Below are positions 17,627 through 27,175 of a stretch of DNA of 55,911 bases, in pieces. Source of the stretch: Chloroflexota bacterium (GTDB taxonomy: Bacteria > Chloroflexota > Ktedonobacteria > Ktedonobacterales > Ktedonobacteraceae); contig JBKPAZ010000029.1 in NCBI GenBank assembly GCA_046726655.1, positions 1 to 55,911 on the forward strand. Direction: 5' to 3'. The position numbers were made by a program, and so were the translations under genes. The notes below the pieces were generated by a model that saw nothing but the letters and a program-made list of their open reading frames with translations, had not been told where the DNA came from and searched no databases. Positions within the stretch are counted from its first letter, which is position 1. The number at the start of each line of letters is the position of its first letter.

Positions 17627-17862
17627 TAGGGCATCATCTTCCTAAACTAAGATCCTCACGTCTTTCCGTTTCAAGAAAATGCCAATCACGATCATTAATA
17701 CAATTGCCGTATTGACGAGATTATTTGGGTGCAGAATCATAGATGGCTTTCTTGCTTCTCTCTCGATGAATTTCAATTTGAGGCAACCCGAAATATGCTA
17801 TACTTACATTCATCACAGAGATTACTCGCGTATTTCTTTGAAGCATCCAGGAGAGTGTTATC

Positions 17863-18375
17863 ATGCCTGTCTCCGTAACCAATTCCAAGTTGATCTATGA
17901 AGCCCTAAAAGCGTGCGATATCAAAATCATGTCCGCCCTCCCCGAAACCTGGCTCGTCCACCTTATTCGTATAGCAGACGAAGACCCGGATATGACGCTT
18001 GTGCGTCTCGCCAAAGAGGAAGAGGGCATAGGTATTTCAGCAGGAGCGCACCTGGCGGGCGTCAACTCCGCATTGCTGATGCAAAATCACGGCTTTCTGG
18101 CCGCAATCAACCCGATTGTCTCACTGGCGCTGCTTTACAAAATTCCCTTGTTCATGCTGATCAGCTATCGCGGGCACATGGGCGAAAAAGATCCCTGGCA
18201 GACACAAGGCGGTCTTGCCACAGAGTCAATCCTGCGCGCTTTGAATATTCCAACCTGGCTCCTGACCGACTCTCGTGATATCTACCGCCGCCTCAAAGAT
18301 GCGCAAACATTAGCCCATGCCTCGCTACACCCGGTCGCCGTCTTGTTAACACGTGAGTTAATGTGGGAGGACTGA
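17863..18375 (+). CDS. Sulfopyruvate/phosphonopyruvate decarboxylase-like TPP enzyme, alpha (N-terminal pyrimidine-binding) subunit
   Basis: 170 aa. LPETWLVHL..LAKEEEGIGISAGAHLAG..LMQNHGF pattern as in ComD-type subunits. Confidence 0.65.
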   Translation: MPVSVTNSKLIYEALKACDIKIMSALPETWLVHLIRIADEDPDMTLVRLAKEEEGIGISAGAHLAGVNSALLMQNHGFLAAINPIVSLALLYKIPLFMLISYRGHMGEKDPWQTQGGLATESILRALNIPTWLLTDSRDIYRRLKDAQTLAHASLHPVAVLLTRELMWED

Positions 18376-18377
18376 CC

Positions 18378-18959
18378 ATGCTACGAGCAGATGCATTACA
18401 GGCCATTTACCCTGAACTGGAAGACCGCATCGTTGTGACGATCATGGGCGCAGTTGCTGCCGAGTTATATGCACTCGGACACCGCCCCAACTTTTTCTAC
18501 CTCGAACACGCAATGGGCCTCGCCTCGTCGATGGGTCTGGGGATTGCTCTTTCGATGCCAGAACATCAAGTCATCGTCCTCGATGGCGATGGCTCGCTGC
18601 TCATGAACCTTGGTACCTTGAGCACAATGGCACGTTACAAGCCAGGCAATCTGCTGCACATCGTCTTCGATAACGAGAGCCTACTCTCTGTTGGTGGCTT
18701 TCCAACAGCGACATCCACCGGAACCGATCTTGCTGGCATCGCCAGGGCCTCAGGTGTGCCATGTGTGATGGAAGCCAATACCCTCGAAGGCATGCAGAAG
18801 TGCGTTTCCGAGGCGCTCAAAGGCAATACATTGACAACGATTGTCTCAAAAGTCGAAGCAGTCAGCCCAAAGTCTTTTCACATGGACTTAGCGTTACTTG
18901 AGAATCGCTTCCAGTTCTCGCGTTGCCTGGAAGCGATGCGAAAAAAGCCCACGGTCTAG
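18378..18959 (+). CDS. Sulfopyruvate/phosphonopyruvate decarboxylase-like TPP enzyme, beta (diphosphate-binding) subunit
   Basis: ATG lies 2 nt after the alpha-subunit stop and is preceded by GGGAGGA. TPP motif LDGDGSLLMNLGTLST. Confidence 0.65.
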   Translation: MLRADALQAIYPELEDRIVVTIMGAVAAELYALGHRPNFFYLEHAMGLASSMGLGIALSMPEHQVIVLDGDGSLLMNLGTLSTMARYKPGNLLHIVFDNESLLSVGGFPTATSTGTDLAGIARASGVPCVMEANTLEGMQKCVSEALKGNTLTTIVSKVEAVSPKSFHMDLALLENRFQFSRCLEAMRKKPTV

Positions 18960-18976
18960 ATTATCGAAAGGAGTGA

Positions 18977-19756
18977 ATGATGACAAATATCTTGCAGCAG
19001 TTGCTCGATGAACTGAACTCCGGTCGTTTAAAAGTAGTTGATCTAACTTCACCGCTTGAACCAGATACCCCCGTGATCGACCTGCCACCCATATTTGCAC
19101 CATCGCCAGGTTTAACGCTTGCCGAGATTTCGCGCTACGATAGTCGCGGACCAGCCTGGTACTGGAACGTGATCAGCATGGGTGAGCACACAGGCACGCA
19201 CTTCGACGCACCGATTCACTGGGTCACAGGCAAGGATCTACCCAACAATGCAACCGATACTATCCTGCCGGGTAGGTTCATTGGTCCCGCCTGTGTGCTC
19301 GACGTATCGTCCGAGGTGCAGCAATCCCCCGATTTTTTGCTAACTATTGACCGTGTCGAGCAATGGGAGAGCGTATATGGGCGTCTTCCGGCTGGCGCGT
19401 GGCTGCTGGTGCGCACCGGTTGGAGTAAGCGAGAAGGCCGTGAAGCATTCCTGAACGTCCAGGAGGACGGGGCACACTCGCCCGGCTTTCACCCAACGTG
19501 TTCGGCATACCTGGCAAAAGAGCGCGACATATTGGGTGTTGGCGTAGAAACCGTCGGCACCGATGCGGGACAGGCAGGAGGCTTCGATCCCCCTTTCCCA
19601 AATCACACATTTATGCACGGTGCAGGAAAATTCGGCGTTACGAGCCTGGTGAACCTGGAGCTATTACCGCCGACAGGCGCGATAGTAATTGCTGCACCAC
19701 TCAAGATTGTCAACGGCTCCGGCAGCCCGCTGCGTGTAATCGCCATTACACCATAG
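18977..19756 (+). CDS. Cyclase family protein (kynurenine formamidase-like)
   Basis: 259 aa. Signature GEHTGTHFDAPIHW. Confidence 0.75.
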   Translation: MMTNILQQLLDELNSGRLKVVDLTSPLEPDTPVIDLPPIFAPSPGLTLAEISRYDSRGPAWYWNVISMGEHTGTHFDAPIHWVTGKDLPNNATDTILPGRFIGPACVLDVSSEVQQSPDFLLTIDRVEQWESVYGRLPAGAWLLVRTGWSKREGREAFLNVQEDGAHSPGFHPTCSAYLAKERDILGVGVETVGTDAGQAGGFDPPFPNHTFMHGAGKFGVTSLVNLELLPPTGAIVIAAPLKIVNGSGSPLRVIAITP

Positions 19757-19843
19757 CCATATTGATCTGCAGGGTAGTTGCTCTCTCTCTGGCATATTTT
19801 GAGCACGATGGTTATCTGCCACCTGCAAGTAGGAGAACACCCT

Positions 19844-20617
19844 ATGCCCACATTAGAACTTGAGACCATTCGCTGCGAACTTGATGGAAACCTGGGCCGA
19901 CTGCGCCTCAATCGACCAGAAGCCCTCAACGCCGCCAACTGGGCATGGGTACAGGACCTGGTTACCGCTACCGACTACTTTGCTCAGAGCCAGGAGACTC
20001 ACGTGATCATCGTCAGTGGCGAAGGTCGTGCCTTTTGCAGCGGTCTTGATAAAAAAGAGTTGTCTCAAGGCAACCTTACTCGTGAATGGTTCGCAACCTG
20101 GGAAAAAGGCGTCACTGGACTGGCTAACCTTGATGCCATCACCATTGCCGCTATTCAGGGTTTTTGTCTTGGTGGTGGGCTGCAAGTTGCCCTGGCATGC
20201 GACTTACGTATTGCCACAACCAATGCCATACTCAGCATCCCTGCCGTTAGAGAAGGACTCGTTGCTGCTCTCGGTCCCATGCGGCTCGCCAGGATCATTG
20301 GAGTTGGTCCTGCTAAACAACTCTGTTTCTTAGGTCACCGTTTTACAGGTGAAGAAGGATTGGCGCTGCGCATTATTCATGAGGTCTGTCCACCTGAGAG
20401 CCTCGAAACACGCTCGCTGGCAATGGCTGAAGAACTCCTGAGTATTCCCTTTACAGCGCTTAAGCACACCAAGCGCCAGATCGACCGCTCCTTCGACCTG
20501 GATTTTGAGACACTCATGGCTGAATGGGTTGATGCCGCTGATGATTGCCTGCGTTCGCCTGAGCACCAGGCAGTCATGGAGGAGTATCGCGAAGAGTTAG
20601 CCCGGCGTGACAAATAA
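19844..20617 (+). CDS. Enoyl-CoA hydratase/isomerase (crotonase) family protein
   Basis: Start at the ATG after AGGAG. GEGRAFCSGLDKKE and GFCLGGGLQVALACDLRIA. Confidence 0.8.
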   Translation: MPTLELETIRCELDGNLGRLRLNRPEALNAANWAWVQDLVTATDYFAQSQETHVIIVSGEGRAFCSGLDKKELSQGNLTREWFATWEKGVTGLANLDAITIAAIQGFCLGGGLQVALACDLRIATTNAILSIPAVREGLVAALGPMRLARIIGVGPAKQLCFLGHRFTGEEGLALRIIHEVCPPESLETRSLAMAEELLSIPFTALKHTKRQIDRSFDLDFETLMAEWVDAADDCLRSPEHQAVMEEYREELARRDK

Positions 20618-22481
20618 GTTGAGCGAAAAACAGGCGCGCTTGCGCGCTCTTGAAAATCAGATCAAAAGGTTAAAAAGACGCATTGCCATTCTGGACCAAC
20701 GGAGCAATCGTATTGGCTGGCTACGTGTAGCCATCTTTTTTACAGGCGCATTGCTCAGCATCCTGGCTTACTTCCTTGAGGGTTGGTGGCTTTTACTGAC
20801 CGGCGCAGTGCTAACGCTCTCCATCTTCAGCATCGTTGCGTATTTTCATGCCCGCATAAACAGGAGCATTACACGGCACAAAATCTGGATGCAAATCAAA
20901 TCAGCTCACGTAGCCCGCATGAAGCTCGATTGGAGTGGTATCCCTCAGGTACAATTACCAGAATCCCCACCTGATCATCCTTTTGCAACCGATCTCGACA
21001 TCACAGGAAAACACTCGCTGCATCACCTCATTAATACAGCCATCTCATCCGAGGGAAGCCAACGATTACAAGATTGGTTAATGAATACCGCCCCAGACAT
21101 GCAAGTTATTCGCAAAAGGCAGGCGCTTATACGGGAGCTTACCCCTTTAACTATCTTTCGCGACAAACTTCTCATGAAATCTCTGCTCGCATCAAAAAAT
21201 ACAGCCAGTGCATGGGGGGGAAAAACGTTACTGCACTGGCTGAACGAGCAAACTACACCCAAATCGCTACTCCCACTACTATTCATATCCTTGTTCTTAT
21301 CAGTGCTCACGATCACCCTTTTTGTACTGAACATATTTCATCTTATTCCTCAGTATTGGGTATTTATGTTGTTACTAACCATCCTCTTCCTTTTCGTTAC
21401 AAAAAATCAGCGGGGCGATCTTTTTGAGGACGCTTACCAACTAAGAGATGCGTTCGCACAACTCAGTCTCATTTTTGAGTACCTGGAGACATATCGCTAC
21501 GGCAAGAACCTGAACCTGAAAGCTTTGTGCGAACCTTTTTATCAGGATCGCGAACATCGCCCCTCGTCGCTTTTGAAAAAGATCGCTCGCACTGCTGCAG
21601 CAGCCACTTTGCAAAGGAACCTGCTGCTGTGGATCATTGTGAATGTACTGGTACCGTGGGACTTCTACTTTTCATATCGCTTTAATCAGTACAAATCCCA
21701 GATAGCAGCGCGCTTACCTGCATGGCTGAATATTTGGCTTGAGCTCGAGGCTCTTAACTCCCTGGCAAATTTCGCCTACCTGAACCCTGAATATATTCTG
21801 CCCGAGGTCGTTTCTTGTCAAAATCAAGACAACCTACCATTGCGAGTTTGCGACCTGGGGCATCCCCTCATACCAGAGGGGCAGAAAGTCGTAAATGACT
21901 TCGCCATCTATAAACTGGGTGAAATTAACATCATTACTGGCTCAAACATGACAGGCAAAAGCACTTTTCTGAGAACGCTAGGCATTAACCTTTGCCTTGC
22001 ATATGCTGGTGGGCCAGTCAATGCAAGTCTGTTTCAGACCGCTCTTTTCAGGGTGTTTACCTGCATAAAAATTAGCGACTCCGTAACCGAAGGCTATTCC
22101 TACTTCTATGCCGAAGTCAAACGCCTGAAAGCGCTCCTGACAGAGGTTGAATCTGCCAATAAATTGCCCGTTTTCTTTCTCATCGACGAGATATTTAAAG
22201 GCACGAACAACCGCGAGAGGCGCATTGGCAGTGAATCCTACATTTCGGCGCTTGTTGGACAAAACTGTCTCGGCGTAATATCGACACACGACCTGGATCT
22301 GGTAACGTTGGCAGCTAAGTTACCCGACATCAGGAATTATCATTTCAAAGAAGATGTTCTTGATGGAGAGATGGTGTTTGACTACATATTGCGAGAAGGG
22401 CCATGCCCAACGACGAACGCGCTAAAGATCATGCAAATGGAGGGATTGCCTGTTGATCTAAAAGGCCTGAAAGATGAATGA
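20607..22481 (+). CDS. MutS-related protein with an N-terminal membrane region plus MutS domain V ATPase, and no mismatch-binding domain
   Basis: 624 aa. Hydrophobic helices at about aa 35-80 and 215-265. ATPase motifs ITGSNMTGKSTFLRT, FLIDEIFKGTN and ISTHD. Confidence 0.75.
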   Translation: MTNKLSEKQARLRALENQIKRLKRRIAILDQRSNRIGWLRVAIFFTGALLSILAYFLEGWWLLLTGAVLTLSIFSIVAYFHARINRSITRHKIWMQIKSAHVARMKLDWSGIPQVQLPESPPDHPFATDLDITGKHSLHHLINTAISSEGSQRLQDWLMNTAPDMQVIRKRQALIRELTPLTIFRDKLLMKSLLASKNTASAWGGKTLLHWLNEQTTPKSLLPLLFISLFLSVLTITLFVLNIFHLIPQYWVFMLLLTILFLFVTKNQRGDLFEDAYQLRDAFAQLSLIFEYLETYRYGKNLNLKALCEPFYQDREHRPSSLLKKIARTAAAATLQRNLLLWIIVNVLVPWDFYFSYRFNQYKSQIAARLPAWLNIWLELEALNSLANFAYLNPEYILPEVVSCQNQDNLPLRVCDLGHPLIPEGQKVVNDFAIYKLGEINIITGSNMTGKSTFLRTLGINLCLAYAGGPVNASLFQTALFRVFTCIKISDSVTEGYSYFYAEVKRLKALLTEVESANKLPVFFLIDEIFKGTNNRERRIGSESYISALVGQNCLGVISTHDLDLVTLAAKLPDIRNYHFKEDVLDGEMVFDYILREGPCPTTNALKIMQMEGLPVDLKGLKDE

Positions 22482-22582
22482 TAGTACCATTCCAGGCTTG
22501 CATACAAGTTGTTTTTTCAGCTAGAATAACGAGAAACATTATCTGCATCTGTCGAAAAAAGAAGACAAATGAGGAGGTACTC

Positions 22583-22825
22583 ATGGACGATACTGAAATT
22601 CTGAAAAACATTACAGAATTAGTGAACGAGGAACACGAACTGATGAACCTGGCAGAAGGTAGCGGTTTGGATGATTCTCAGCACGCACGTATGAAGGCAC
22701 TCGAGGTCAGCCTGGACCAGTGCTGGGATTTGTTGCGCCAACGCCGAGCCCGGCGACACGCAGGCCTCAACCCCGATGAAGCCCAGGTACGTGATCCCGA
22801 AATAGTCGAGCATTACCAGCAGTAA
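22583..22825 (+). CDS. DUF2630-like small protein
   Basis: 80 aa from the ATG after GAGGAGG. ILKNITELVNEEHELM....LDQCWDLLRQRRA pattern. Confidence 0.55.
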   Translation: MDDTEILKNITELVNEEHELMNLAEGSGLDDSQHARMKALEVSLDQCWDLLRQRRARRHAGLNPDEAQVRDPEIVEHYQQ

Positions 22826-22892
22826 CAGGTAAAACAAGTTTTTGTTGTACAGGATTTCTGGGCAGGGTACCAGAAAATACGCAGAAATAACC

Positions 22893-24911
22893 CTATACTT
22901 CAGGCCCTGGTAGGTGAGAGACAAGTATATTTTGATTCAACATATTCATCGGCACAATGCCAAATTCAGAAAGCGCTTGCATCTCCAGGTCACTGCTAAA
23001 GAACTGCATATAGGCCTGGAATGCTGCTGAACCATCGCCTTGCGTATAGAAATGCTCAATACTCCAAAACGCATAGGTGCCCTGAAGTAATGTTTGCGTA
23101 CCGGGCGCTACGCCATCGATGGCTAGTATCTTTACACCTGTTTCCTGCGCCACCGCCAGGGGTACATAGCTAATCGCTCCCTGTGTCTGAGAAACTGCCT
23201 GCGCGACCGAAGCAGGCGAGTCCTGCTTGATTCTGATCCCTGCTACATGCTCTGTCACACCATTCAGCACAAATGTTTGAAAAATTGTGGTGATACTGGC
23301 TGCCGTAGGAGGAAGAATGACCGTGATAGCTTCGTCAGAGCCACCCACCTGGGCCCAATTCGTGATTTGCCTCTGGTAGATCTCCTGTATCTCGGCGCTG
23401 CTCAATCCACTCACCTCTACGTCAGGGCTAACAATCAGTGCGTACAGTAATGCTCCCATCGGGTGATCGGTCAGGTTTCGCACGGGGGTAGCAGTTAGGT
23501 CAAAGCCTGCGACATCAATACGGCTATGCTGCAATTTGTTCAGGCTAGCACGGCTTCCATCTGCTTGTAATGAGATTGTCAATCCTGGACAGTGGTTCGC
23601 ATAATCAGTATCGATTTGTTGTAGCAGGGGCTGCAAATTCAGAGAACTATCTAGTGAAAGTGTTCCAGGCGTACAAACGACGGGAGGAGCCCCAGTAGCT
23701 GTGGGAACAACAGTGCCATTTATTATCGGCGTTTGTGATTGGCCTCTTGTGGGCGTGATGTGAACTTGCGGTATAGAGTTGCTGCCTTCTTTAGATGGGA
23801 TTGAAGGTGTTACACCACCTGAAGCAGTCGTAGGGGTAGGTTTGCCCAATTTCGTTCCCACGACGCTTCCCTGACTGTCGCTATGAAACGGGAGACCAGG
23901 AATATCTTGTAGATGCAGTGGCAAGGACGAGAAGAAAAAAAGGGTACCCACCAGTCCAAATAAAACCAGTAAGATGGAGAGCAAAGAGAGGGCACGGCTC
24001 CATGTAAAAGACATTCGTCGTCGAGAACGTATCTCAATGCGGCGTTGAGGTTTGACAGAAACGACAGGTGAGTTATCAGAGGCAACGGCTGCCAGCAGCG
24101 CTTCAGCTAGAGCACTCGCGTTTGGGAAGCGCGCCTCTGGGCTTTTAGCGAGAGCCACGCGTACGACAAGCTCCACTGACTCTGGGAGATCGGGGCGAAA
24201 TTGACGCAATGAGGGAATAGCTTCATTTGCATGTTTCAGAGCAATCTCGCCCTTAGTCTCACCATCGTAAGGAAGCTGTCCCGTCAACAAGCGATAGAGG
24301 AGCACACCTAATGCATAAATATCACTGGCAGGAGAAAGCATGCCAACCACCTGCTCTGGGGCTGTATATGCCTGATTTCCCTCTTCAATTTGCGCTACTA
24401 AGGGATCGAATTCCTGGTGGATTCGCTTCATACTAAAGTTGGTGAGAAGGATATGCTGATCACTTTGTACCAGGACACTTGATGGTTGGATATTTCCATG
24501 TACGATATGTTGTTCATGCACGTATTGTAGCGCTGCGCATAGTTGAGTAATACAATGCACAACCAGGGGCATCTGTATAAAGCGTTCCTGGTTTTCAGAC
24601 TTCTCTAGAACCTGCTCGACCGTCTCTGCCTCTGCAAACTCTGTTACACTAAAGAGCAAGTCATCACCTGCCCCAAACTCGAGCAGAGGCTGTATATGCT
24701 CATGATGGCAATGCCATACTTTCTCCACTTCTGAGGCAAAGTGCTCCTGGAATGCGGTAGGATCAGGAAACGGTGGTCGAAATAAGCGCAACACTACGTC
24801 AGACCCGCCTCGAGTTGTGGGACGTGCGCGATACGTTTCCACCATTCCTTCTCGTCCCAAACACTCAAGCAAAAAATAATTGCCTACCATCACCCCAGCG
24901 AGTTCCACCAT
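22893..24911 (-). CDS. Membrane-spanning pseudokinase fused to a PstS-like periplasmic binding domain
   Basis: 672 aa. The kinase fold has degenerate catalytic residues (VVLRLF, HGNIQPSS, TNFS). One TM helix (ALSLLSILLVLFGLVGTLFFF). C-terminal PBP-like region (ITNWAQVGGSDEAITVI, GAISYVP, YAFW). Confidence 0.7.
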   Translation of the reverse strand: MVELAGVMVGNYFLLECLGREGMVETYRARPTTRGGSDVVLRLFRPPFPDPTAFQEHFASEVEKVWHCHHEHIQPLLEFGAGDDLLFSVTEFAEAETVEQVLEKSENQERFIQMPLVVHCITQLCAALQYVHEQHIVHGNIQPSSVLVQSDQHILLTNFSMKRIHQEFDPLVAQIEEGNQAYTAPEQVVGMLSPASDIYALGVLLYRLLTGQLPYDGETKGEIALKHANEAIPSLRQFRPDLPESVELVVRVALAKSPEARFPNASALAEALLAAVASDNSPVVSVKPQRRIEIRSRRRMSFTWSRALSLLSILLVLFGLVGTLFFFSSLPLHLQDIPGLPFHSDSQGSVVGTKLGKPTPTTASGGVTPSIPSKEGSNSIPQVHITPTRGQSQTPIINGTVVPTATGAPPVVCTPGTLSLDSSLNLQPLLQQIDTDYANHCPGLTISLQADGSRASLNKLQHSRIDVAGFDLTATPVRNLTDHPMGALLYALIVSPDVEVSGLSSAEIQEIYQRQITNWAQVGGSDEAITVILPPTAASITTIFQTFVLNGVTEHVAGIRIKQDSPASVAQAVSQTQGAISYVPLAVAQETGVKILAIDGVAPGTQTLLQGTYAFWSIEHFYTQGDGSAAFQAYMQFFSSDLEMQALSEFGIVPMNMLNQNILVSHLPGPEV

Positions 24912-24913
24912 GA

Positions 24914-26461
24914 TTATCCTCTCATCTGCAATTGGTGTTGTTCTATACTAACCCGTGCCCAGATTACAATCTTACCTGTGTGCATTGCTGTAGGAGCGTA
25001 ATTTATTGCGCCCTCTGCGCCAGTACTACCACGACTGGATGGATCAGGGAAGAAGAATGAAGAAAGGAGCGCAGCAATTAGGCCAATCAAAAGTAAGATG
25101 ACAACCAGAATCGGCAATAACTTTTTCAAACGCGAATCGGAAGCCTTCTCCCTCTTCTTCTGTTCTCCACCAGAAGCAGGCTGCGCTGGCGGAAAAGTAT
25201 TATCTGGGGGCGTTTCAGGAACTAATGGTTTGCTATGCAAATACCCGGTGGCAGTAGATGGCATTGAACCCGCAGTTTCGTTCCCTATGGGAGACCATTC
25301 AACAGGATCTGTTGACCAGAACATATGTGTCCCGCTACCTTCGGTCTCCTGCAAGAAATTAGTCTTGCGGCTCAACGTTCTCTCTGATTCTTTATCGCCC
25401 TCAACAGGTGTAGCCTCAAGCGATGCCTGGTTAAAAGACGGCTCAAAGACCGGAGCAGGCGAATCGGATTGCCCGCCTGGAATGGTAGGGACAGTAGGAG
25501 ACGTTGAAGAAGACTGAGCAACGTAAGCAGGCACTGGAGTCTGCAGACCACCACCTGCAGTAGATGCCTGATTGGGTGTAAGTTGGCGTGTCACCGGTAA
25601 AACAGATTTAGCGACTGGGGAGGCAACGGGAGCAACACTTATCGCCACCGCCAGTGCATTGCTAAATTCTTCCGCGGAAGCAAAGCGATCGTCCGAGCGC
25701 TTCTTTAAAGCCAGGTGTAGCACCCCATCAACAGCATCCGAGATGCTCGGATCCAGCGAACGTGCCGAAGGTACTTGCTGTCGAACATGCTTGAGCAATA
25801 CTTCGACCGGCGTTTGTCCTGTAAAGGGGGGCTGCCCTGTAAGAATGCGAAATAACAGTACACCAAGCGAGTAGATATCGCTGCCTCGTCTTAACACTCC
25901 CAATGATTGTTCTGGCGCTGCATATTCAGCTGAACCCCAGCCAATCCGCGTGAGCGATTGCTGGCTATCGTCATAACCTCGAACAATACCAAAATCGGAA
26001 AGCAGCATACGGCCATCTGCTCCAACAAAGATGTTCGTAGGTTTGATATTGCCATGTATCACATCACTATCATGTGCATATTGAACAGCACTGCACAACT
26101 GTTGCATGATTGGCAATGCCTGCATTGCAGAGAACTTTCCACCAACACGTATCAAGAGATCTTCGAGCGTACCCGTCGTCACGAGCGGTGTAACAGAGTA
26201 AAGGAGGCCCTCACCTTCGCCGAATTCAAGAAATGGCAAAATATTTGGATGCTCAAATTGACCTATTTTTTCCGCTTCGGTCATAAAATATTCACGGAAG
26301 GACTCACGCTGAGCATAGCCAGGACGGAACACCTTCACCGCCACTTCATAACTTCCCTCTCCAGTCTGGCGAGCACGATACACATCCGCTATTCCTCCCC
26401 TACTGATACATTGCAGCAGGAGATAATCACTTAACATTACACCTTCAAGAAGATCAGACAT
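24914..26461 (-). CDS. Hanks-type kinase-like membrane protein with an atypical HGN catalytic loop
   Basis: Start at MSDLLEG. AVKVF (K43), VIHGNIKPTNIF (N138 in place of Asp), LSDFGI, EYAAPE. C-terminal TM helix LLPILVVILLLIGLIAALL. Stop lies 2 nt before the next gene start. Confidence 0.7.
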   Translation of the reverse strand: MSDLLEGVMLSDYLLLQCISRGGIADVYRARQTGEGSYEVAVKVFRPGYAQRESFREYFMTEAEKIGQFEHPNILPFLEFGEGEGLLYSVTPLVTTGTLEDLLIRVGGKFSAMQALPIMQQLCSAVQYAHDSDVIHGNIKPTNIFVGADGRMLLSDFGIVRGYDDSQQSLTRIGWGSAEYAAPEQSLGVLRRGSDIYSLGVLLFRILTGQPPFTGQTPVEVLLKHVRQQVPSARSLDPSISDAVDGVLHLALKKRSDDRFASAEEFSNALAVAISVAPVASPVAKSVLPVTRQLTPNQASTAGGGLQTPVPAYVAQSSSTSPTVPTIPGGQSDSPAPVFEPSFNQASLEATPVEGDKESERTLSRKTNFLQETEGSGTHMFWSTDPVEWSPIGNETAGSMPSTATGYLHSKPLVPETPPDNTFPPAQPASGGEQKKREKASDSRLKKLLPILVVILLLIGLIAALLSSFFFPDPSSRGSTGAEGAINYAPTAMHTGKIVIWARVSIEQHQLQMRG

Positions 26462-26737
26462 GCGACACCCCACAATGGTACGTCTCGGCTGGTAGTTTTG
26501 CAGGCGCAATAGACCGAACCCAACAAAACCTGGTATCGGTAATACATCGAACTAAACGAGGAGAGATTCTCTTTTCGGAGATTTAACAGACTAAGACGAC
26601 AAAAAGAGGCATTTTCTGAATAAGTTCATCGAGGCGAAACTAAAAGTACTATGCAAGCCACAACACCTCTCGCTCCATCTTCACCATCACAGCCGGCACT
26701 TTTTCCGACAATAGACACGCCGCCAGGAGATACCAGA

Positions 26738-27058
26738 TCAGATCTTGAGTCCCAGAATCAACAAAATCGTCAGAATATGCAAGAGTTGATCGACCCAAAT
26801 CGGATCAATCACCTTATAACGCGATTTAAGAGGATCAATCACAAAATGAGTACCAAATAAAATAGCAATGGCAAGCAGCGACGGGTGCGCGAAAAGAATA
26901 AATACAGCCGTGTATGTCGCGCAATGATAAAAATTGACTTCCCAACTTTTGCCTTTCTCGATACTCATCCAGGTACTTTGAAACGCAAAATCCCCCACAA
27001 AATGGCAAGCCAGCCAGATAAGCAGGGTAGTAATAGGGATATCAAACAGCATTGGCAT
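26738..27058 (-). CDS. DUF3307-like small membrane protein
   Basis: 106 aa. HFVGDFAFQSTWM motif and three hydrophobic helices. Confidence 0.5.
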   Translation of the reverse strand: MPMLFDIPITTLLIWLACHFVGDFAFQSTWMSIEKGKSWEVNFYHCATYTAVFILFAHPSLLAIAILFGTHFVIDPLKSRYKVIDPIWVDQLLHILTILLILGLKI

Positions 27059-27175
27059 TCTCCCTCGCTAAAGTACTCTACATATTGAGTATAGTTCAGC
27101 AAGAAATCAGCAACAATGAGCTATATCGCCTTAAATGTGTGAGGTAGAACACAATTTTAATTTCACGCCCCATAC

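Noticed and set aside
26651-26860. 69-aa plus-strand ORF upstream of and overlapping the DUF3307 gene.
   Set aside because: It overlaps the better-supported minus-strand DUF3307 gene, has a low-complexity Pro/Gln-rich sequence and lacks an SD.
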